Positions 26,514-51,987 of a DNA stretch of 51,987 nucleotides are shown here, one piece after another. The translations under genes and the position numbers were made by a program. Numbering within the stretch: the first letter of the stretch is position 1; each line of letters begins with the position of its first letter. The notes beneath the pieces are model-generated. The model was not told where the DNA came from. It searched no databases and saw only the letters and a list, made by a program, of their open reading frames with translations. Source of the DNA: Octopus bimaculoides (taxonomy: Eukaryota); contig NC_068986.1 in the NCBI RefSeq assembly GCF_001194135.2, forward strand, positions 85,084,392 to 85,136,378. Direction: 5' to 3'.

Positions 26514-27199
26514 TTGCTTGTACGGTTTGTGTTCGCAGACACCAGTGATGGTATTTTCCCAAGTACTATCGTTCTCATATTTATATATATTTATATGTAT
26601 ATATCTCTGTATACTATATTGTTTTGAGCTTTTCTCAATGGAGCCGTCGGGATGATTTGTAACATAAGGTGTGACCACGGATGATTTGAAACTGTGCAAA
26701 GCTTACGCTCCCCGTCTCTTCCTTTTCCCGCCTCGTTTAGTTAAAACAGCTGACTGGCTGCAAATCCCACAAAGATAACTGAAACAGTAAACAAAGACTT
26801 GTAAGATGCTTACACTTACATAGTAATGGTTACTACGTTCCGGCAGATTAGAATGGGAATATACCAAGCGGTTCAATATTTCGTCATAGCAGAACAATTT
26901 CTTCTTTCACATGAATATGTATTCATACTAAACTCAATTCATTAGAGTGTTTGACTACATTGTGTCTCCTCAGTCAACATTGAAGAATCTAACAAAAGTT
27001 TATGACGATTTATTACATCAATTATTAGCATATTTACATTCGAATGTACTACAACGTGGTGAGAATGAAAATATATGTCATCGTTTTCATTCTCGCTGTT
27101 CAACATACACATGGCAATTTATTACCTTAAAAATATCCTACCCACAAAGGAAGCAGAGCAGGTGTAAAAAAAAATATATACGCCTATCTCTCTGACCGC

Positions 27200-28100
27200 T
27201 TATATTAGCAAAGTCATGGTGCGTATTGAGAGAAGAAAACTGATACCGTTCCAAGAAGTGAACTGCTTGCTCACTGACATGCACTACGGCTTCCTGTCAC
27301 GAAGTAGTTGCCACAGAGGGCTGCAACCAAATTAAGACTTAGTACTGAAAAAACAAATCGTTCATTTAAATGTGAATGTGAGTTATCTCGACTATGCAAG
27401 GCCTTCGATAAAACGGACGCGGAATGCTATATTACAAATACCATGATATCAGCGTTGTTGAGAAACTAAAAGAATGGCTGTGTGGCTGTGTGTCCGAGAA
27501 GATACCACTTCTAAGCGAGTGCCCTCTGAAAATTGTACTAACACCATTACTATTTATGGGGGTTCTTTCAGACATTACTTGTTATGAATTCACCAGTTCA
27601 GACAAGTTTCATGGTAGCCAAGAACCATAATGATAACGTAAAAGTACAGAAATACCGGCATAAAAATTGGGTTGAAGGAAACTACATGCAACTCAGTACT
27701 GAAAAAATTCAAGTGCTCCGCCATTTCTTTGACGACTGTGGCGAATGCAACACGTGCGAACGGATCATTTCCTTCTAGCCCCGGCTGCTGCAGAATACAC
27801 CCCAGCATGAATTAGTTGCCTTCATAGTATTAATCTATGTTTTTAGATATGCCTCATATCAGTTTCATGTGCCATACTCTTCTGTGCTGGCTTAGGACAT
27901 GTTGGAAGAGGGTATTCATTTTGGAGTTCCACTTCCCCTAGATTGATTGCTTTCGCCACAGCCAAGGATCTCAGTCTACCCTTAGAAAAATCTATTTAAC
28001 ACATAGACAACATACTGTATTATTGTTCCGGGTTACAAGGAACCTGGGATTATTAGCAATAAAGGAGTGCCTCCACGTTCTGCATTACTCCAGAAGCCCC
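27200..28100 (+). mobile_element. Degenerate CR1/L2-type reverse transcriptase fragment
   Basis: KVMVRIERRKLI...LLTDMHYGF; VSYLDYA(K)AFDK; PLLF. These are RT domain motifs interrupted by frameshifts. Confidence 0.75.
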
Positions 28101-28719
28101 GAACAAGAGACTCACCCCTGGCTGCAACTTAATTCTAAAATCTCCACTCTAACGTAGTTTGAGATGTATTTATTTTCCTTCTTAAGAATATTGCTTTGTT
28201 TTCGTTTAGCCGAAATGTTTAACTCGTTATTCCATTATCTTCCTCTCGATCCCTCTATCGCGATGACATTTTTATGGTGCTTTTTTTCCCTTCACATAGC
28301 AACATACTTCCCCACCTTGTCTCGAGGTCGAGCTACAGAACTTGAATATCTTAGCTATGCTAGTTTCATCTTGTTGGCGCTCCTCTGAAAAATCCCCTCT
28401 CACATGCTCCCAATCCACAGCCAGTCATGTCAGGTCGCTGTTCAATCAAACAGCCTCTATTAGTAGACACAAGTCCGCTTCTCTATTTAAAGCCGCAGCA
28501 CCAGCAGCATCTAAACCAACAACCTTAAATATGCAATTATTTGTTGTCCAAAGAAATCATGGGAGATAATATTAAGACCCCTCGGCCTTATAGTAATAAT
28601 ATAAGTATAGTAATAATTGCGAAACTATAGTAGTGAACAAGTAAATAATAAAATAGGAATTATAATTGTAATAGTAAAATTATAAAAGTAAATAATTACC
28701 CAGATTGATAATTACTCAG

Positions 28720-30685
28720 AATGATTAACAAGTGGCGTTGTGAAACCATCGAATCGCCGGCGACTAAACCGGCAACCCCACTAAGCTTGCTTGGTGAGGA
28801 GGGTGGATTTTCGACACCCTGCGGAATTAAAAACAAAACTCAGCAAAGGACAGAGGAAGTCAGAAGAGTCAATAGACAAAACTCGTGAGTCTTGTTTGGC
28901 AATATGCCTAAGGAAAGGAACACTCTGATTTAAACTGGGATTGATAGGACTCCTTAGACATGGTGGTGACATCCTGTCAGTGTCCAATCACTCCATGCCT
29001 GGGATGAAGGCGAGTGAACCGCGAGTCGGGACTTAACACCGGAGCAACATTTAGATGAAGGTATTGGACCAACTGACGCTCACCCGTCTCCTAGTGAGAA
29101 TCAAGATCATGGTCCCCAACACACATGCGAAGGGAAAGGGCCTAACTTATAATTAGTAAGAGCTCTGCAGTCTTGGCTGACAATCTTATTAGAGATGGTG
29201 TCTCAATAAAAATACCCGTTGGCAGCTCATCTTTAAACACATACCTCAATGTTGAGCGAAAGTGTCTAATACAAATGTATCAAATAATGGTGTTAAGGAG
29301 GCTGGAACCAAAGGTGAAATCCCTTCACCTGGCAGGTGCCCTGTGGTTGAGCAGCTCAGGCCCAGTCGTTATCCAGAGACAGCTTATAAACGAAGGAAGA
29401 GGCAGATGAGAATGTGGGATAAGGAGGCAAACCAAATGTTAATTGAATGTTGGATCATTATTGAACCCAGCAGAAGGGGATTCCGACAACGAATGAAAGC
29501 AAAATAGAATGAGATAGGGCTCTTTGAAACAAGTGAGCAGCGGTTAACCGACCAAGCAAGAGCAATAAGGGAAAAAAGGAAGGTTAACAGACATAAAAAT
29601 AGAAGTAGAAAGGAAAACAAAAGATAGAAATAATACTTCACCAACAGATAACGTGCCCAGCGAGAACTGAAAAATGAAAGGCGGCTGTGAAGAAGTAGAG
29701 CAAAATGTAAATGTAAATGCATTCTCAGCAAATGATGCAGAAGTAATAGGAAGAGCTAAATCACAGAAATACGATGATGACCAACAAGACATAGTGGGGG
29801 CTCTGTGGCGATATTTTAGAGAAGACCAGTATCAAGCACCCCTAACCTGAGCTACATTGACCGACGTAAGCTGAAAGTTGAAACCTCAAAGATAGATTTG
29901 GTTCTTGGGCTATTCCAGACGAGAAATACATCTGAAACTAACAGGATATTTGGGCTGTAGCTATGGTTGCTGCAGATATTGTTGGATACAAAAGAAAAGA
30001 ACTAAACAGAGGGTAAAAACCATACTGGCGCAGACAAATTTGTGAGAAACGAAGTTAAAAAGGCATTTAAGACAAGTTGATAGATTGAGAAGAGGGGAAT
30101 TGCAGATCGGAAGCACAAGAATAATGAAGGAAAGAACATATAGAATAAGAGATAAAGGTTATGATGTGATATTGGAAGAAATGAAACAAAGAGTAGTAGT
30201 AATCAAAGCAAAACTGGAAAGATAGAACAGTAGGAAAAGAGTTCAGGCAAAATAGATTGTTTGAAGCAAATCAGAAGAAACTGTTTCAGGAACTAGATGG
30301 GAAAATAACATAACAATGATACCAGATGCAGAAGAAAGCAAGGCATTCTGGAGAGAGATCTGGGACCAACCGGTAGAGCATACTGATGAAGCAGAGTGGC
30401 TGCATGAAATCCAGGATAGGTTAAGAAATGCAGACGGCCAATAAGACACAAAGGTGACAACAGAAATGATAAAAACGCAGATAAGAAAATTTCCAAATTG
30501 GAAGAGCCCAGGACCGGATGGGATCCAAGGGAATTGGATGAAAAAGCTGAGAGAGCTCCATGAAAGAATAGCACAACAGATGAGTGCTTGCAGGAAGGCA
30601 CAGTACCCAGCAGGATGACAAAGGAAAAGACATTTTGTGTCAAAGATCCTGGAAAAGAAGATGTTGCATCCAACTTTAGACCGAA
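28720..30685 (+). mobile_element. R4/Dong-like LINE 5' portion (N-terminus to start of RT), degenerate
   Basis: MWDKEANQMLIECW...PSRRGFRQRM...SEQRLTDQARAI and PNWKSPGPDGIQGNWMKKL...NFRP. 5' boundary approximate. Confidence 0.8.
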
Positions 30686-31503
30686 CAGGTTTATGGTGAG
30701 TGAGTACTATTGTTGCCATTCTTTCAAAATCACCTGTTTTTCTTAAGTCTTATTTTCATTTTGTCCGCTACAACTTCTCAATCTCCTTGCAGTTGGCTTG
30801 TGTTTTGGCATCACTGCACCCACTGCTTTTCATGTGAACGAAAAAGGGCGTTTATACCTGTGAACGGTTAACAATCCTTTTCAGGTCTACTGTGAGAACG
30901 ATAACACGGCCCTTTTCAAGGCTGCTTTACATTAAGTTGTTGCACCTCCTGAGATGCTCTTGTGGCTTCTCCAGGGTTTTCACACTGTTGTTACTACTTT
31001 ATTTATGGTCTATGGGAAAAATCATTTCTTCCTTAATGTCAATGTTTGCATCTTAACGCAAAAAATATTCAAAGAGATGGTCAACAACAAAAAAAAGACC
31101 ATTGTCGAGTATTTAATACCTGAGCAACGCCGGGTACTTCTGCTAGTTCTTACTATATTTCAGCGAAGCCATCTTTAATAAAGCGACTATATTCTCACTG
31201 TTGTACTCTACATGTAGATCGTTTCTAATATGGCTGCAACTATACATTGAATACATTTCAAAGTAATATAGTTTTATGGGTAATTCTGGTTTTGTGCCAA
31301 AATTTGAATCCAATATTTTATATAGTTATACCAGTAATGTGATATTTTCCCTAAAAGAACTATATTTATTTCAAGACACGAGTATATTTACAAGGAACGA
31401 CAAGAAAGCAGCTAAAAATACATACTGAGAAAATATATTTGCAAATTTCGATTCAAATAAGGAGACATAGGCATTTTAACATTTTTGTTGCGTAACAGGA
31501 GAT

Positions 31504-31509
31504 TTTATT
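31504..31509 (-). promoter_or_regulatory. Candidate AATAAA polyadenylation signal of the ACE-like gene
   Basis: Minus-strand AATAAA about 390 nt after the stop codon; position only, no transcript evidence. Confidence 0.4.
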
Positions 31510-31901
31510 GAGAGTACATAACGTAATTATGAAGTTAGACTGCTATTATTACAGCTGATGTTGATATTATTGTTGCTGTCATCTGCAATGCATTTTCAGA
31601 AACAAAAACTGTAAAACAATTAACGAAAACAATACGCAAAATTGAAGTTAGTTACATTTGCTCAATTATATAAACGTGCTTTGTCTTCATGTTGCAGATT
31701 TGTTCTTTCGTAGAGATAGTGTATGCATGTGTGTCTGTTGTTCAGTATGTATAGGTCATATAAATATTTCATTCGAATTGTACAGTTAAAAGTGGGTATT
31801 GACAGTTCTGTCGCTATTTATGAGAACATTTAAAAAAAATACACGATTTCAAAGAAAATCCTCAGTTCCAGTAAGGTTGAACTCTATAGTTCAGTAGGGT
31901 A

Positions 31902-48206
<16,305 letters not shown>

Positions 48207-48337
48207 CTGAAATTATAAATAATATGATGCTTTTATATATACTTTTATAAATACATTTATTCATATACTCACAATAAAGTGTATATCTACTTGTGTGTAG
48301 AATAAAAAAAATCATTCTGACAGTTACGAAGATGAGG

Positions 48338-48623
48338 GTTCTGGTTGATCCGATCAATGGAACATCCTGTTCGTGAAAATACTGTGCATGGGGTTGAGCA
48401 CTCCACTGACACCAGTATCCTTAACGTAGTTCCCAGAGAGATTCAGCATGACATAGGATGTGATATGGTCAGCCCTTTCAATTACAGATACAACTCATTT
48501 TTGTCAGCTGAGTGAACTGGAGCAACGTGAAACAAAGAGTCTTGCTCAAGGACACAATGCGCCGCCGGGAATCAATCTCATGACCTTACGACCGTAAGCC
48601 GCTTACCTTAAGCCACGCGCCTT
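48338..48623 (-). mobile_element. SINE family C, alternative-tail subfamily
   Basis: Shares cagctgagtgaactggagcaa...cttgctcaag with 47343-47647 but has a different 3' part (gatccgatcaatggaaca...). Confidence 0.8.
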
Positions 48624-48674
48624 CACTATGTAGAAGATTACATCAGTATTACTATAATACAATATGCAGAATAT

Positions 48675-49672
48675 CCATTTCTACTGTAGGCTCAAGGCCT
48701 GAAATTTTTGGAGAGGAGGCCAGTCGATTAGATCGACCCCAGTACGCAATTGGTACTTAATTTATCGACCCCGGCGGAATTTGAACACGGAACGTAAAGA
48801 TAGACGAAATACCACTACGCATTTAGCCCGGCGTGCTAACATTTCTGCCAGCTCGCCGCCTTCACAATATGCAGAATATTCTTTTCTACTCTAGGCCCAA
48901 GGCCTGAAGCCTTTGGGTAGGGGGCCAGTCGATTAGATCAACTCCAGTACGCAATTGGTACACAATTTATCGACGCCGAAAGGAAAGTGGACCTCGGCAG
49001 AGTTTGAACTCAGAACGTAAAGACAGACGAATACCTATTTCTTTACTGCCCACAAGGGGCTACACACAGAAGGGACAAACAAGGACAGACAAACGGATTA
49101 AGTCGATTTTATCGACCCCAGTGCGTAACTGGTACTTAATTTATCGACCCCGAAAGGATGAAAGGCAAAGTCGACCTCGGCGGAATTTGAACTCAGAACG
49201 TAACGGCAAACGAAATACCGCTAAGCATTTCGCCCGGCGTGCTAACGTTTCTTATTTCTTTATTGCCCTTAAGGGTCTAAACACAGAGGAGACAAACAAG
49301 GATAGAGAAAAGGCTTAAGTCGATTACATCGACCCCAGTGCGTAACTGGTACTTAATCTGACGACTCCGAAACGATGAAAAGCAAAGTCGCCCTCGGCGG
49401 AATTTGAACTCAGAACGTAACGGCAGACGAAATACCTATTTCTTTATTGCCCACAAGGGGCTAAACATCGAGGGGACAAACAAGGACAGACAAAGGGATT
49501 AAGTCGATTACATCGACTCCAGTGGGTAACTGGTACTTAATTTATCGACCTCGAAAGGATGAAAGGCAAAGTCGACCTCGTCGGAATTTGAACTCAGAAC
49601 GTAGCGGCAGACGAAATACTGCTAAGCATTTCGCCCGGCGTTGCTAACGTTTCTATCAGCTCGCCACCTTTG
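48675..49672 (-). mobile_element. SINE family A monomer (48675-48864) and 4-unit array (48880-49672), delimited by three copies of a 15-bp TSD
   Basis: caatatgcagaatat at 48660-48674, 48865-48879 and 49673-49687. Confidence 0.92.
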
Positions 49673-50139
49673 CAATATGCAGAATATTACAATAATATTT
49701 CACAAAAATAAATGTTACACACAAACGTGTTATTGGTTGAAACGATTATCTGGTCTTTTACAAGGAAACACTAATAATTATTTATAAATTATTTCTGAAA
49801 CATCAATTAATCAATTTACATAATTAACCTAAATGGATTTTAAGACGATGTCAATTGCTGTAATGGAATGGACTGAGTATGTTCACTGAAACACCTTCAT
49901 TAAAGGGATTATTATCGCATACTCATAGCCAGCTCTACATATAGCCATCTACTGTTCGCCAACGTGCTACAACTACTGTCTGCACCTCACATAGTAACTA
50001 CAATAATTGCTACTTGTTTAAATTTTCACTTCACCACTTCACTCCTATCCCATATTACTTCTTGTAACTCCGCTTCAAGCCATTAATCATTTTCTCAAAA
50101 TTAATATTCGTTGAAGAACTTCTTTCCAAGCAATAATTG

Positions 50140-50450
50140 TTCCATTTACAATTGCATTCCAGAAGTTTTTCAAACGTCCATCTCCCTTCCACACCTCTTA
50201 TCATCTCTCACCTCTTCTCTACCGTACTTAAACCTATTGTGCCTGCGAAAAGGTTAATCCGTAAGCAGTCCGGAACATTTCATATATTTCTGAAGCGTTT
50301 TTGCCCAGTTTACCACAAAGCATTATTGCATAGCGCACTTCCAAACTTCTCGCCAGCATTGGACAAGCTAGTCAGCTTCGATAAGGAGTGTTTGGTAGAG
50401 TATATTTAAAATGCTGTGACGACCATCTTCTTCAATCTAGAATAATAGAA
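50140..50450 (-). mobile_element. Mariner transposase N-terminal (HTH) fragment
   Basis: KLGKNASEIYEMFRTAYG...GREEVRDDKRCGR. Confidence 0.8.
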
Positions 50451-50724
50451 GTTGGCAGGTCAGCTTACTAGAAAATTTCAATAATCTAAGACAATTATAA
50501 CTACGGTGAAATTCCGAACCTGGGTTCTCCTTCCTGAGGTATATTTTAATGTTATTATTATTATTGTTTTTATTTTCTTCTTTCTTCAAATCATCTTCCA
50601 TTTCTCGCCGAGTGTTTTCCGTACATCTAGAGCAGAGAAGCTCATTGTATCCAATCCCAGTTTACATACGCAAATTCACAGGTAAAATATGTATGTAAAA
50701 AAATTAATAAATAAATAAATTCAT

Positions 50725-50900
50725 GAATGGATGTTGTTTTCACAGCGATAATGCTCTTCTCAGTACACGAGTCGTTCCAATTAACACGATTTTTTGCACT
50801 TCCTGTAGAGATGGTAAGCCTGGTGTCATTTTCAAATAGGTTTCAGTACCTTTTTTTATCATTCAAGTTGACTTTTCTAGAGATGTTCGTTTGTATGTCC
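50725..50900 (-). mobile_element. R4/Dong-like LINE C-terminal fragment
   Basis: PGLPSLQEVQKIVLIGTTRVLRRALSL*. Confidence 0.75.
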
Positions 50901-51690
50901 AGTTTGAGAAAACAGTTGTGTTTTTGTAATAAAAGGGATGCTTACATTTTTGAATACACAGGGAGAAAGGAAAGAAAACACAAGAAGAGTCAAGATTTCA
51001 CAGATAGTTTTAAGATTCACCAAAGATGGTCTTTTGTATGTCCACACAGAGAAAACTACAATGTTTTTAGAATAATAAAAAGGGGGAGGTGTTTACTTTT
51101 TCGAATACTCGGAGAGAGGAAAGGATGAGTATTCATAGCAGTTGTGGATATTAAAGCTTGTGTGTTTGAAAACTGGAGGAATTTCAACCATGTTTCGTGG
51201 TCTGCTACCACAACAGCTCCTTTATAGGATCCAGTTAGCTGAAGACATCATCAGGAGGAACCACGTCCGGTTTCGGCCCCTACTCCTCTACCGTTTTGAC
51301 GTGGCGGGGCCACCCCCTTTCGGAGGTGTCATCAGCTCTGGTGTTGGGTGCATGTCTTCTTTCACTGTTTGTGACTGTTCTAATTCAACTGTGGGATGTC
51401 CCTCGCTATGGTTATTTTCCAGGAGGTTCTGGCCACACGTCTTACGGTTCATCAATCCGCGTTGTTGAATTACTTTCTTCTGACATACCATATGTAAATT
51501 TGTAAATCTCAACTTATTTTGGAAGGGAATTCTTAGATACTCAAAGGATATTGTAGATATTCCAGTCATTGAGAGTTATTTTTTCCCCCATTGTCCTGCC
51601 GGGTCATATTAGTGTTTCTATGGCTTTCGGCTACTGAATGGTTAGAGCAGCGAGGAACACGTCCAGCCGCTGTCAAGGCTGGCGCTCCTC

Positions 51691-51751
<61 letters not shown>

Positions 51752-51987
51752 TTATGTTTGACTTTTGTTTTGCATTTGTACAAGTTGGATCCAAGTCTCA
51801 CCCAGAGACCACAAGAGACAACAAGTTAGAAGTTCATGTAGGTGTTATGCCTAGGGTACCATATATTTGGATTTGTACAGTTTTGTTCAAGTGAATGTTT
51901 AAGAAACCATAAGAAAATTATGTGTTTGCTTTAAAATTTGAGATCACATAGACAGTATTTTACGTAGGATATGGGCAGTTCCCATGA
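51691..51987 (-). mobile_element. R4/Dong-like LINE 3' end with a (TAA)n array (51691-51750); runs off the window
   Basis: MGTAHILRKILSM* and a 3' UTR matching 43030-43222. Confidence 0.85.

Noticed and set aside
26703-26897. Minus ORF with a strong-looking TAT|gtaagt donor
   Set aside because: An in-frame stop lies just upstream, there is no credible acceptor, and I recognise no homology.
27065-27130. Signal-peptide-like mini-ORF MKIYVIVFILAVQHTHGNLLP*
   Set aside because: It stops after 21 residues, has no in-frame donor before the stop and no partner exon, and lies on the opposite strand to ACE.
51610-51690. TCCTCGCT loop motif suggesting an HDV-like ribozyme at a LINE 5' end (minus strand)
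   Set aside because: P3 does not pair properly and the GG needed for P1.1 after P1' is absent.
48207-51987. Search for the next upstream ACE exon (expected ...PIPAHLLG)
   Set aside because: Not found in any frame; catcgtcttaaaatccatttag|gt near 49830 does not match the ACE motif. Upstream exons are assumed to lie beyond the window.

Overview
This is AT-rich, microsatellite-dense eukaryotic (animal) genomic DNA from a gapped draft assembly. The SINE sequences and repeat landscape look like those of an octopus or other coleoid cephalopod (inference from recalled repeat families, not a search result). The only host gene I can support is the 3' half of an angiotensin-converting-enzyme-like peptidase (family M2) on the minus strand. 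I reconstructed six exons by hand (48206-47942, 41109-40877, 37890-37746, 36740-36642, 33332-33210, 32079-31902). All have GT-AG sites and matching intron phases, and four are missing from the supplied ORF track. The zinc ligands (HEMGH...E) and catalytic residues are intact, but several specificity-pocket residues differ from canonical ACE and the protein ends without a transmembrane anchor. The rest of the window is mostly transposable-element debris: tRNA-derived SINEs, R4/Dong-like, RTE, Tx1/L1-like, CR1-like and Penelope-like retroelements, mariner/Tc1 fragments, a probable non-autonomous Helitron and a MITE. There are also several long fold-back hairpins. Most ORFs in the track are artefacts of microsatellites or N-runs. 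No prokaryotic features are present.
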